Assembly: GCF_009914755.1 (NCBI RefSeq)
Contig: NC_060934.1
From: the human T2T-CHM13v2.0 reference genome, Homo sapiens
Strand: one strand, 5' to 3'
Length of the DNA stretch: 64,000 bases
The translations under genes were made by a program, and so were the position numbers. The stretch's first letter is position 1, and the number at the start of each line of letters is the position of its first letter. This document shows, piece after piece, positions 37,841 to 52,539 of the stretch. The notes beneath the pieces are model-generated. The model ran no database searches. It was not told the origin of the DNA and worked only from the letters and a program-made list of their open reading frames with translations.

Positions 37841-38618
37841 TGAGCCACCACGCCCGGCCTAAATTGGCTTTCCCCAAAGTCTGGGAAGCTTTCTACAGTA
37901 TCGTAATGCTGCCCTCACTTCAGCCTTCATACATTGTGAAAACTGCCTTTAATCTGGTTACCATTCTTCAGGCTACCTTTTAAAAAGTTCATTTTTTAAA
38001 TGACTTAATTTATGTAAAATGACTTCATTTATGTAAAAATGAAATAACTTTCTTATAAAAATGCAAACATAGAAAAGTACAAAGAAAAAAAAACTGCTAC
38101 CCCCACACTTTGTCATCCAGACATAACCATCGTTATCAACCGGTGAACGTCAGTCTTACAGAGGTTACTCTTAAAATTTGCTTCTTCTCTCCTCTGCTTT
38201 CCCAAATTGGCAAATATTACCAGAATTGATTCAATTGCTTGGGCCAAAACCTGGGACTCATCCACAATCTTTCTCTTTATCTCACTCCCTGCATCAGCCA
38301 CTTATACTGACTCTGCTTGGAAATACATTGGAATCTTACCTTGACTACTGTCATTATGGTCCAGGTTATCATCTATTTCTTGCTTAGATTAGCCTTCTGA
38401 ATATTCTCTCCACTTCCATTTTTGCCTCATCAGTTGTATTCTCTACACAGTAGCCAGAGTGTTTTAAAAAACATAATCCCCTTTCCCATCAAAATTATTT
38501 CAGTGACTTCCCACCATATTTAGAATTAAAAATTCTTGGCCAGGTGCAGTGGCTCACACCTGTAATCCCAGTACTTTGGGAAGCTGAGGTGGGAGGATTG
38601 CTTGAGCCCAGCAGTTTA

Positions 38619-38894
<276 letters not shown>

Positions 38895-39834
38895 TTAGGA
38901 GGTTGAGGTAGGAGGCTCCCTTCAGCCCAGGAGTTTGAGGCTGCAGTGAGCTGAGATCATGCCACTGCATTCCAGCATGGGTGATAAAATGAGACCCTGT
39001 CTCAAAAAATAAAATAGAATAAAAAATTCTTGCAGTTACATAAAGGTCCAGTAAACAACAGTCACAATGTCCTTCTTTCTACTCTTGAACGTATCAAGCT
39101 TATTTCTGCCCAAGGCCTTTACATTTTCTCCTTTCCCTGCCAGGAATGCTCTTCTAAAGTTTTTCACAGCTTTCCTCTTCCCACACTTTAAGTCCACGCT
39201 CAAATACATCTTGCAGTAGCTGGCTCTGACCCCTCCACCTAAACTCGGTCCCAGCTGCTACCCCTTATCATTCTCTACCCCTTGACTCAATTCTTCTTCG
39301 TAATACTTACCATTACCTGAAAGCATTCTCTGCAATTATTCGCTTCTTTTTAACTTTTTGTCTGTATCCCCCACTAAAATGTAAGTTGCATGAAGGCAAG
39401 GATTACTGTCTGTTTTTCCCACTGCTCTGCCCCGATGGTTAGAACAATGCCTGGCCCATAGTAGATGCTCAATAAACATTTGTTGAATAAATAAATTTGC
39501 AGATAGAAGGGTAGAGAAATACTTTTTACAAAAATGAGATCATAGTGTTTATGCCTTTAAAAATAAAAATGGTATTGAATATTTAACAAGAAAAATAAGT
39601 TGAAACAAAGCTGAAAGAGTTGCTTATCTTTAGAAAAATGGCTTCATACTGGGTCCAGGTGCAGCAGCTCACATCTTTAATCCCTAGAACTTTGGGAGGC
39701 CGAGGTAGCAGGATCACTCGAGGCCAAGAGTTTGAGACCAGACTGGGCAACAAAACAAGACCCTATCTCCAAAAAAAGATTTACAAAAAAAAAAAAAGAA
39801 AGTCTCCACACGGTGAAATAATAGTTGCCAATTA

Positions 39835-42800
39835 GCCTCTACCTCCACCTCCACCTCCACCTCCACCTCCACCTCCACCTCCACCTCCACCTCCACCTCC
39901 ACCTCCGTCTCCGTCTCCGTCTCCGTCTCTGTCTCCGTCTCCCTCTCCCCACGGTCTCCCTCTCATGCGGAGCCGAAGCTGGACTGTACTGCTGCCATCT
40001 CGGCTCACTGCAACCTCCCTGCCTGATTCTCCTGCCTCAGCCTGCCGAGTGCCTGCGATTGCAGGCACGCGCCGCCACGCCTGACTGGTTTTGGTGGAGA
40101 CGGGGTTTCGCTGTGTTGGCCGGGCCGGTCTCCAGCCCCTAACCGCGAGTGATCCGCCAACCTCGGCCTCCCGAGGTGCCGGGATTGCAGACGGAGTCTC
40201 GTTCACTCAGTGCTCAATGGTGCCCAGGCTGGAGTGCAGTGGCGTGATCTCGGCTCACTACAACCTCCACCTCCCAGCCGCCTGCCTTGGCCTCCCAAAG
40301 TGCCGAGATTGCAGCCTCTGCCCGGCCGCCACCCCGTCTGGGAAGTGAGGAGTGTCTCTGCCTGGCCGCCCATCGTCTGGGATGTGAGGAGCCCCTCTGC
40401 CCGGCCGCCCAGTCTGGGAAGTGAGGAGCGTCTCCGCCCGGCCGCCATCCCATCTAGGAAGTGAGGAGCGCCTCTTCCCAGCCGCCATCACATCTAGGAA
40501 GTGAGGAGCGTCTCTGCCCGGCCGCCCATCGTCTGAGATGTGGGGAGCGCCTCTGCCCCACCGCCCCATCTGGGATGTGAGGAGCGCCTCTGCCCGGCCG
40601 AGACCCCGTCTGGGAGGTGAGGAGCGTCTCTGCCCGGCCGCCCCGTCTGAGAAGTGAGGAGACCCTCTGCCTGGCAACCACCCCGTCTGAGAAGTGAGGA
40701 GCCCCTCCGCCCGGCAGCTGCCCCATCTGAGAAGTGAGGAGCCTCTCCGCCCAGCAGCCACCCCATCTGGGAAGTGAGGAGCATCTCCGCCCGGCAGCCA
40801 CCCCGTCCGGGAGGGAGGTGAGGGGGGGTCAGCCCCCCGCCCGGCCAGCCGCCCCATCCGGGAGGGAGGTGGGGGGTCAGCCCCCCACCCGGCCAGCCGT
40901 GCCATCCGGGAGGGAGGTGGGGGGGTCAGCCCCCCGCCCGGCCAGCCGCCCGGTCCGGGAGGTGAGGGGCGCCTCTGCCCGGCCGCCCCTACTGGGAAGT
41001 GAGGAGCCCCTCTGCCCGGCCAGCCGCCCCGTCCGGGAGGGAGGTGGGGGGGGTCAGCCCCCCTGCCCGGCCAGCCGCCCCGTCCGGGAGGTGAGGGGCG
41101 CCTCTGCCCGGCCACCCCTACTGGGAAGTGAGGAGCCCCTCTGCCCGGCCAGCCGCCCCGTCCGCGAGGGAGGTGGGGGGGTCAGCCCCCCGCCCGGCCA
41201 GCCGCCCCGTCCGGGAGGGAGGTGGGGGGGGTCAGCCCCCCTGCCCGGCCAGCCGCCCCGTCCGGGAGGGAGGTGGGGGGGGTCAGCCCCCCTGCCCGGC
41301 CAGCCGCCCCGTCCGGGAGGTGAGGGGCGCCTCTGCCCGGCCGCCCCTACTGGGAAGTGAGGAGCCCCTCTGCCCGGCCAGCTGCCCCGTCCGCGAGGGA
41401 GGTGGGGGGGTCAGCCCCCCGCCCGGCCAGCTGCCCCATCCGGGAGGGAGGTGGGGGGGGTCAGCCCCCCTGCCCGGCCAGCCGCCCCGTCCGGGAGGGA
41501 GGTGGGGGGGGTCAGCCCCCCTGCCCGGCCAGCCGCCCCGTCCGGGAGGTGAGGGGCGCCTCTGCCCGGCCGCCCCTACTGGGAAGTGAGGAGCCCCTCT
41601 GCCCGGCCAGCTGCCCCGTCCGCGAGGGAGGTGGGGGGGTCAGCCCCCCGCCCGGCCAGCTGCCCCGTCCGGGAGGGAGGTGGGGGGGGTCAGCCCCCTT
41701 GCCCGGCCAGCCGCCCCATCCGGGAGGTGAGGGGCGCCTCTGCCCGGCCGCCCCTACTGGGAAGTGAGGAGCCCCTCTGCCCGGCCAGCTGCCCCGTCCG
41801 CGAGGGAGGTGGGGGGGTCAGCCCCCCGCCCGGCCAGCTGCCCCGTCCGGGAGGGAGGTGGGGGGGGTCAGCCCCCCTGCCCGGCCAGCCGCCCCGTCCG
41901 GGAGGTGAGGGGCGCCTCTGCCCGGCCGCCCCTACTGGGAAGTGAGGAGCCCCTCTGCCCGGCCAGCCGCCCTGTCCGCGAGGGAGGTGGGGGGGTCAGC
42001 CCCCCGCCCGGCCAGCCGCCCCGTCCGGGAGGGAGGTGGGGGGGGTCAGCCCCCCTGCCCGGCCAGCCGCCCCGTCCGGGAGGTGAGGGGCGCCTCTGCC
42101 CGGCCGCCCCTACTGGGAAGTGAGGAGCCCCTCTGCCTGGCCAGCCGCCCCGTCCGGGAGGGAGGTGGGGGGTCAGCCCCCGACCGGCCAGCCGCCCCGT
42201 CCGGGAGGGAGGTGGGGGGGTCAGCCCCCCGCCCGGCCAGCCGCCCCGCCCAGGAGGTGAGGGGCGCCTCTGCCCGGCCGCCCCTACTGGGAAGTGAGGA
42301 GCCCCTCTGCCCGGCCACCACCCCGTCTGGGAGGTGTGCCCAACAGCTCATTGAGAACGGGCCAGGATGACAATGGCGGCTTTGTGGAATAGAAAGGCGG
42401 GAAAGGTGGGGAAAAGATTGAGAAATCGGATGGTTGCCGTGTCTGTGTAGAAAGAAGTAGACATGGGAGACTTTTCATTTTGTTCTGCACTAAGAAAAAT
42501 TCCTCTGCCTTGGGATCCTGTTGATCTGTGACCTTACCCCCAACCCTGTGCTCTCTGAAACATGTGCTGTGTCCACTCAGGGTTAAATGGATTAAGGGCG
42601 GTGCAAGATGTGCTTTGTTAAACAGATGCTTGAAGGCAGCATGCTCGTTAAGAGTCATCACCAATCCCTAATCTCAAGTAATCAGGGACACAAACACTGC
42701 GGAAGGCCGCAGGGTCCTCTGCCTAGGAAAACCAGAGACCTTTGTTCACTTGTTTATCTGCTGACCTTCCCTCCACTATTGTCCCATGACCCTGCCAAAT

Positions 42801-42857
42801 CCCCCTCTGTGAGAAACACCCAAGAATTATCAATAAAAAAATAAATTAAAAAAAAAA
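39835..42857 (+). mobile_element. Full-length SVA retrotransposon, SVA_F-like
   Basis: Hexamer head, antisense Alu-like domain, GC-rich VNTR, SINE-R, AATAAA and poly(A); 15-bp TSD AATAGTTGCCAATTA at 39820-39834 and 42858-42872; subfamily assigned from recalled diagnostic bases. Confidence 0.96.
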
Positions 42858-42993
42858 AATAGTTGCCAATTAATGACTCTAAAGAAAAAAAGGCGGCCGG
42901 GCGTGGTGGCTCACACCTGTAATCCTAGCACTTTGGGAGGCCCAGGCGGGCAGATCAATTGAGGTCAGGAGTTCGAAACCAGCTTGGCTATCA

Positions 42994-43254
<261 letters not shown>

Positions 43255-43816
43255 TTATGTTTTCTCAGGCAGACATTTCGTCTTTAGATGGTGTCTATTC
43301 AATCCATGCTGTAATAGATTTTTTGTTCATTCATTCATTCATTCATTCATTCATAAAACAAAAATATACCGAATAGTTTACATCAATCTCTGATGTATGT
43401 GCCAGATAATAAAACAGGCAAGATCCCTGCTCTCATAGGGTGTATGTGTGTGTGTGTGTGACGGGGCAGGAAGAAACCCAGTAAACACACACACACACAC
43501 AATCCAGTAAATACATAATGAATAAGATCTTTTCATATTGTATTTATGAAGAAAATAAAACAGTGTGTGGCTAGGGAAAGCTGGGTGGCTGGTTCAGGTT
43601 ACAGGTCAGAGAGGGCCTAACTGAGCAAGTGATATTTGACTTGAGACCTGAATGATCAAAGCATTCTGGGGACAGAGCCGTCCAGGCAGAAGGAAGAGAG
43701 AGCACACGTGCTCAGAGCAGGGCAGGCCTGGCTCAGGACTGGAGGGCTGGCCAGTATGGGACCTCAGAGACCAGGGAGGCCGTGTGTGAGAGGAAGACGA
43801 AGAGGTGAGTGCATAA

Positions 43817-44092
<276 letters not shown>

Positions 44093-44777
44093 TAACCCAA
44101 GAGTAATGGGAAGCCATTGGATGGCTTTAAATGGGGCAATGGCGTGAAATAGGCTCTCTCTTCTCCTAAAACCTCCTTTGCAATCTAATGTCTCCAGATT
44201 ATGTTAGTCACATCATTTGTACATTTCCAGCATTATAACATTTCTGTGTCCATAAATCTCACTGTTGTTTAGCTTTTATTTTTTGAAATGACAGATTATC
44301 ATCATTTTTTTTAACTGGGCTTTCTTTTTTCTTCTTTTTTCCCTTCCTTTCTTCCTTCCTTCCCTTCTGTGTTTTCTTTCAGAGGAGAAGCTAATTTTAT
44401 TGTTTCCCATCATTAAATATGAAACAGAAAATCTATAGAGAAGGAAAAAGAGCTCCATAGAATATAATTCAAATATGAAAAAAATCCTCATCTTGTGAGA
44501 CCTTTGCATTTGTCTGGCCTTCAGAGTAAGTTTTTTTCACTGATCAAGCCTGCCATAAAAATTAAGGTTGCCAGTGTCTTTGTCTGTTCTGCTGGTCTTT
44601 TTCTTTTTTTTTTTAATAGAGACAGGGTCTCGCTATGTTGCCCAGGCTGGTCTCAAACTCCTGGGATCAAGCAATCCCCCTGCCTTGGCCTCCCAGAGTG
44701 CTAAGAGTACAAATGTGAGCCACTGCGCCAGGCCTATTGGTTTTCACAGAACCTTTGAGGTCCTTGAGAAAAGCCAT

Positions 44778-45335
44778 TGAAATCAGTATGTCAAAGAGTC
44801 ATCTGCACTCCCATGTTCATTGTGGCATTATTCACAATAGCCAAGATATGGAATCAATCCAAGTGTCTATCAATAGATAAAAGAAAGAAAATGTGGTGTA
44901 TATACACAAAGGAATACTATATAGCCTTAAAAGAGAAGAAAATCCTGTCATTTGTGACAACATGGATGAACCTGGAGGACACGTTGTTAAGTGAAATAAG
45001 CCAAGCACAGAAACATAAATACTGCATGATCTCACTTATATATAAAATCTAAAAAATTTGAACTCATAGAAGTAGAGAATAGAATGGTGGTTACCAGGGC
45101 TAAGGGTGGGGGAAGGGGAAAAGGGTGATGGCCAAGTGGCACAAAGTTTCAGTTAGAAAGGAGAAATAGATTTTAGCCATCTATTGCACAGAATGATGAC
45201 TATAGTTAATAACAATGTTTTGTGTATTTCAAAATTGCTTAGTCTATTTTAAACGTCCTCACCACACAAAAATGATAAGTGAGTGAAGTGATGGATATGT
45301 TCATTAGTTTGTTATAATCATTCTGCAATGTATGC
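44778..45335 (+). mobile_element. L1 (L1MA-like) 3' fragment
   Basis: [19 protein letters not shown]-type L1 3' sequence. Confidence 0.8.
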
Positions 45336-45734
45336 CGTGCTGGGCTCTTTGTCATGATTTTGTTTTTCCTCTTTTATTTTTCTTCCTGAGCTCATCCAAC
45401 TAAGCCTGGCCTCCTTTTGATGTCTCACCATCTCCTCTCTCATCTCTTACTCCTCTTTTAAAATGTTTCCCCAAGTTGATCATAATATCTGTAGCTTGGG
45501 AGTTAGTAGGATTCTTTGTCTGAACTCTTCTTCTGTTGTCTGGAATAATTTCTCTTGTGATGTATCTTCTTTTCTCCTAAGCATCTCCACGTGTCTCCCT
45601 TTCTGGTTATCCCTCATCTTTGAACAGGGGAGTTTCTGTCTGGATCATGATGTGTTGAAAAATAGGGTAGAGGCCAGGCGCGGTGGCTCACACCTGTAAT
45701 TCCAGCACTTTGGGAGGCTGAAGTGAGTGGATCA

Positions 45735-46051
<317 letters not shown>

Positions 46052-46857
46052 TCACCATGCTTCTTGGGCTCTATGCTATTATGTCTTTTCTCAGATACTA
46101 GAGTTCAGGACATTGGTGTGGCTCAAAACAACCTGCTTTACTCAGGTGCTCTGTGTTGTAATCTGATGATTCTAGTCCCTCCTCCTTCATCCCCCCTCAC
46201 TAAGACAGACAGTTTGGGAAGATATAAAATGGTGTTGTCAGTCTGGCTCTTCCTTTAGCCACCTCCCTCTTGGTTCTGCCTTCTTGAGTGTCTTTCCCTA
46301 TTGTCTCTAATTCTCCAGGGGTGTTCCCTATCCCCCAACAACCTATATCAGTTAAGATTAGAATTCAGCTTTAAGTGAGAGAAAGCCCCATATAATTGTA
46401 GCTTTATTTCTTTAGTCACACGTAAATGAAGTTTGGAAGCAGGCAGTTCAAGGCCATTGCTGTGCAGTCTCCTTTTAGCTTGTTGCTCTGCCAGGCTCAA
46501 CATATATTCACCAACTATCCAAGATGGTTCCAGCCTTGTCAGCATGTTCACATTTCAGCCACCAGCAAGGAGCTCACCTTCTCTCCTTTTATTTTTGAGA
46601 CAAGGTCTTGCCCTGTCACCCAGGCTGAAGCACAAAGGTACAATCATAGCTCACTGCATCCTTTAACTCCTAGGCTTAAGTGATCCTCCTGCCTCAGCCT
46701 CCCAAGTAGCCAGAGATACAGGTGCATACCAACATTACAGGTGCACCTGCCAATTTTATAAAACTTTTTGTAGAGACGGAGGTCTCACTACGTTGCCCAG
46801 GCTGGCCTAAAATACCTGGGCTCAAGTGATTCTCCCACCTCAGCTTCCCAAAGTGCC

Positions 46858-46964
46858 GTTCCTTCCAATGGGTGTGTGAGGATGGGAATTTTGATTTTAA
46901 AAAGAAAAGGAGCCAGGATCTTTAAAATCAAAATTCCCATCCTCACACACCTGTTGGAAGGAAC
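46858..46964. repeat. Inverted repeat (44-bp arms, 19-bp spacer)
   Basis: 46858-46901 is the reverse complement of 46921-46964 with 2 mismatches. Confidence 0.95.
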
Positions 46965-47912
46965 ATAAAATGGTGCAACCAGTTTGGAAAACGGTTCTGG
47001 CAATTTCTCAAAATGTTAAACATAGAACCATATCACACAGAAATTTTACTCCTAGGTATACACTCAAGAGAAATGGAAACATATGTCCACACAGGACTCG
47101 TACAAATGTTCATAGCACCATTATTCAAAATGCAGAATATAATTTAACAACCAAAAGATATAAAATAATATACATGTGACAACATGGATGAATCTCAAAC
47201 ACATTATGCTAAGTGAAAGAAGCCATACATAAAAGACCACTTAGTACATGATTCTATTTATAGAAAATGTTCAGCATAGGCAAATCTATAGAGACAGAAA
47301 GTAGGCTCATGGTTGCCCAGGACTGGGACATTGGGGGATTTGGGAGATGGTGGATAAGGGGTGCCAAGTTTCTTTTGGGGATAATAAAAATTATCTTAAA
47401 ATGTAGTGATAGTTGCTTAACTCTGAATATACTAAAAGCCATTGAATTGTACACTTTAAATGGTGGAATTGTGTGGTGTGTGAACTATATCTCAATAAAG
47501 CTATTAAAAAACGGCACACTTTCCATAATTTCACATGCCACTTTCACTTACATTCCATAGGCTAGAACTTATGGCCATGCCTATGTACAAGGGAAGCAGA
47601 TAAATACAGTCTTTATCCCATCTAAAAACCATAGGTTCCATTACAATAGAGATAATGATATTGCAGAACAGTGGCCATGTCTGCCCCACCCTTAGTCAGA
47701 CCTTAGACCTTGTCAGTCCACCCACAGAGGATCCTTGATGCATTTCTCGGGAGCACGGCACTTCATCTTAGGGAAATTGATCTCTTTCCCAGAGTCTCTA
47801 CAAGGATGTGTTGGCTCTGAATCCTCACATATTTTGGATCAAAATTCATTTCATTCAGCAGTCATCCTCCGTGGTTTTGTTTTATAACTTTTCTCCTGTT
47901 TATTGAAAGTAG

Positions 47913-48339
<427 letters not shown>

Positions 48340-48342
48340 TAG

Positions 48343-48600
<258 letters not shown>

Positions 48601-50336
48601 TAGAGACAGGGATTTCACCATGTTGGCTAGGCTGGTCTCAAACTCCTGGCCTCAAGTGACCCATCCCCCTTGGCCTCCCAAAGTGCTGGGATTACAGACA
48701 TGAGCCACCGCGCTTGGCATCCAGTGCTGGATTTTCAGTGTTCTCTGCAAACATCTTGCTCCTCCTCTCCAAATAAATTCCCCTTAGAACTCACCACCCC
48801 CACATCCCCACCACACACTGCTTCAGTCATGTCTCACATTTCAATAAAAGTTCTGTATAAACTGTAGAGTGCTATGTATATGTTCATTGTATTTATTAAA
48901 TTCTTATTGGCTTGGCTAGAATAATTTCCCCATTTGCCAATTTTGTAGGGACCACAAATGCAACCCATTTGAATCTGAATGCAGTGTCTCTTCACCCATA
49001 GTTGCTCCTCTTGGGAAATGGCACCACCTGTTGCCCAAGTCAAAAACACAGGAGCCATTCTAAATTCTTCCTTCTCACTCACTTCCCATGATTACTCATT
49101 CACTAAGCCCTCTCCGTTTTCTGTGTTGATCCTCATAGCTGACCCTTGCTTTCCCCATCTCCTGCCACGGCCTCGGTTCTGCTCTCACTCATCCTTGCCT
49201 AGATCTTGGTAACTGCCTCCCATCATCTATCTTCCTGCCAGGATTTGACCCCCTTCCACTGCACACATCATGCAGTCGCCACCATGATCTTTCTTCAATG
49301 CAAACCACCTCTTGTCTATTGCTCACCCCTTCCTTCCACTGTTTAGATCCTTTATCGCTTCTCCTTTCTGCTCAGTTAAGCCCACACTTCCTCACATGGC
49401 AAAGACCTGCCAGGCCCTGATGTTTCCTGCCTTCCCAGCATTACATGCCCTGCTCCTCTCCAGCACCCCTCCCGCCTCCTAGTTATACCTAACAAATTGC
49501 AGTCTTCAAAAGCCTCTGAGTTTTTGAACATCTCCTCTCCCTCCAATTAGAAGTTAGCTGACTCCTATTTGTGTTTTAGAATAAATCCAGGCATCATTTT
49601 CTCTAAACCTTTCCCATCATTTGCCCTGTGTCTGATTTTAGTGTCCTTCCCTTGTATTTCCATAGAACTCGGCACATATTTCTCTACAAACATTACATTG
49701 TGCCATAATTTTTGGCTTGTGACTTCCTTGATTAAAATATAAGGTCCTTAAGGGCAGGGACCACATCTTATTTGTTTCTGGATTCCCAGTCCCTACTCTG
49801 TAGCTGGCATATAACAGGTATTCATGTTGAAAAGCAGTAACAAAGAATAAACAGTCTCCTCTGCATTTATATTTTGTTGACTTTTTAGAACAGGGCAGGA
49901 AATGACTACATGGAGTTCCAGAAACCTCGGCTCTTCCATGTGCCCCCACTAACTCTCCTTCCAACAGGGCAATCGTTGGTTCAGTGACATATTGACTCAG
50001 ACTGCCCTCTAGCCAATGGCAGCCACGCATGCATGGACTCTGAATCTATTCTGTGTACCAGTGTTGCCTAATTTGCAAATAGCCTGTACCTGTGTAATCC
50101 TCTTTGTCGGGAGTGAAGTGGTTCTCCCTGCTTTTGAAAAAAGCTAATGTGATGTATGCTTACTGATATGACATCAATGAGGATAACAGGGTATCAAGCA
50201 GGAGGTTAACTGGAAAAGAGGAGCCTGGCTCTAAATGATCTGGTCACTTGGGATGGAGGGATTGCCACATATCAGACTTTGAGTAGCTCTATTAACAGGG
50301 TTAGTAATGGCTATGGGCCAACATGTAGCGGGGCAA

Positions 50337-50440
50337 CTATATTTCATTGATTCTAAGGCACTCCTTCTTTCACATTTTTATGTCTCTGAAACTGGAGTGT
50401 GTCTTAAAACAGATGACATCTTAAATTCAGAGAAAAATAG
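50337..50440. mobile_element. MER104-like (TcMar-Tc2) MITE
   Basis: TATTTCATTGATTCTAAGG...TCTCTGAAACTGG...CATCTTAAATTCAGAGAAAAATAG with imperfect TIRs. Confidence 0.6.
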
Positions 50441-51227
50441 AAGTCCAACATGTCAATAGTATGCCAGAAAAATATAACAAATTTTAATTGACTGAATAGT
50501 GACTAAGCCTGGAATTTCACAAACTGAACTAAACAGAATGGCTTATAAAGAATTATAAATAATGTCTAAAAACTTGAATTTGCATATGAGCCCCTCCTAA
50601 TTTCCGGGGAAAATACTGTACATATATTATCATTAATCTCCAACCTCCTAGCCTTGGAAGATAGGTGTTATTAGTAATAATCTTTACTGAGATATAATTC
50701 ACATGCTATAAAATTCACCCATTTAAAGGTACAGTTCAGTGGTTTTTAGAATATAGAGAATTGTGCAATCATTATTGCAGTCTAATTTTAGAATATTTTT
50801 ATCATTTCCCAGGAAAATTCTGTATCCATTTGCAGTCACTTTCTAGCCCTAGGCACCCATTAATTCATTGTCTCTAAGGAATTGCTTATTCTGGATATTT
50901 TATGTACATGGAATTGCACAAATGCAGCTCACTGCAACCTCAACCTCCTGAGCTCAAATGATCCTCCTGCCTCAGCCTCCCAAAGTGCTGGGATTACCAG
51001 CATGAGCCACCATGCCAGGCTAGAATCATGCTTTCAAGGTTTATCTGTGTTGTAGGTTCATGCATCAGTACTACATTCCTTTTCTTGGCGAATGATATTC
51101 CACTATATCAATGTACCACATTTTATCCATTCTTCAGTTAATGGACATTTGGGTTTTTTCCATTTTTTGGTTATTATAAATAATACCACTATGAACAATC
51201 TGTGCAAGTTTTTGTATGAACTTTGAC

Positions 51228-51738
51228 TGCCGAGACCAGCTCAGTAGGGGAGACCCTAACCCAGCAGCGCTAGAGGAATTAAAGACACACACAGAAATAT
51301 AGAGGTGTAAAGTGGGAAATCAGAGGTCTCACAGCCTTCAGAGCTGAGAGCCCTGAACAGAGATTTACCCACGTATTTATTAACAGCAAGCCAGTCATTA
51401 GCATTGTTTCTATAGATATTTGATTAACTAAAAGTATCCCTTATGGGAAATGAAGGGATGGGCTGAAATAAAGGGATGGGTTTGGCTAGTTATCTGCAGC
51501 AGGAGCATGTCCTTAAGGCACAGATTCCTCATGCTATTGTTTGTGGTTTAAGAAAGACTTTAAGGAGTTTTCCACCTCGGGCGGGCCAGGTGTTCCTTGC
51601 CCTCATTCTGGTAAAACCACAAACTTCCAGCGTGGGCATTATGGCCATCATAAACCTGTCACAGTGCTGCAGAGATTTTGTTTATGGCCAGTTTTGGGGC
51701 CAGTTTATGGCCAGATTTTGGTGGGCCTATTCCCAACA
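51228..51738 (-). mobile_element. MER9 (HERV-K HML-3) solo LTR
   Basis: Reverse complement starts TGTTGGGAATAGGCCCACCAAAATCTGGCCATAAACTGGCCCCAAAAC; TG..CA ends; 6-bp TSD TTTGAC. Confidence 0.85.
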
Positions 51739-52539
51739 TTTGACCTCCCAGCTTCAAGGGATAATCCCACCTCAGCCTCCTACATAGCTGGGACTACAAG
51801 GTGAATGCCACCATGCCTGGCTAAATTTTTTCTGTATTTTTAGTAGAGACGGGGTTTTGCCATGTTGCCCAGGCTGGTCTCCAACTCCTGGGCTCAAGAA
51901 ATCTGCCCACCTTGCCGTTCCAAAGTCCTGAGATTACAGGTATGAAAGACCATGCCCCGCCTGGACATATATTTTCATTTCTCCAGGGAAGTGAATAAAA
52001 TTGCTGGTTCATATAGTAACTCTATGCTTAACATTTTGAAGAACTGCCAAAAGCAGTTGCACCATATCACATTCCTACCAGACATGTACGAGGATTCCAA
52101 TTTCTCCACATTCTTGTCAACGCTTGTTATTATCTTTTTTATTTTAACCATCCTAGTGGGTATGAACTGGTACTTCATCATGATTTTGTGTTTTCTTAAT
52201 GACTAATGATTTAGAGAGTCTTTTCATATATTTATTGGTCACTTGTATATCTACTTTGGGGAAATGTCTATTCAAATCCTTTGCCCATTTTAAAATTGGG
52301 TTATTAATCTTTTTATTGTTGAGTTATGAGTTCTTTATACATTCTGGATACAACTTTCTTATCAGATATATGATTTGCAAATATTTCCCCCCATCCTATG
52401 GGTTGTCTTTTCACTTAGTTTTTTAATTTTAATAAACTCCAGTTTATGTTTTTTTCTTTTGTCATTTCTACTTTTGATGTCATTTTAAGAAACTATTGCC
52501 TAACTCAAGGTCATGAAGATTTACTCCTATGTTTTCTTC

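Noticed and set aside
39714-40206. Poly(VE), poly(LH) and poly-Gly ORFs
   Set aside because: Reading frames through the SVA hexamer repeat; no evidence of translation
40800-42330. CRISPR-like regularly spaced repeats
   Set aside because: No unique spacers and no cas genes; this is a eukaryotic SVA VNTR
40258-42370. Long Pro/Gly/Arg-rich ORFs (up to 285 aa) on both strands
   Set aside because: They are translations of the GC-rich SVA VNTR, which lacks stops because of its composition
43441-43500. (TG)n and (CA)n tracts 24 bp apart that could form a hairpin
   Set aside because: Short low-complexity microsatellites; chance juxtaposition is plausible
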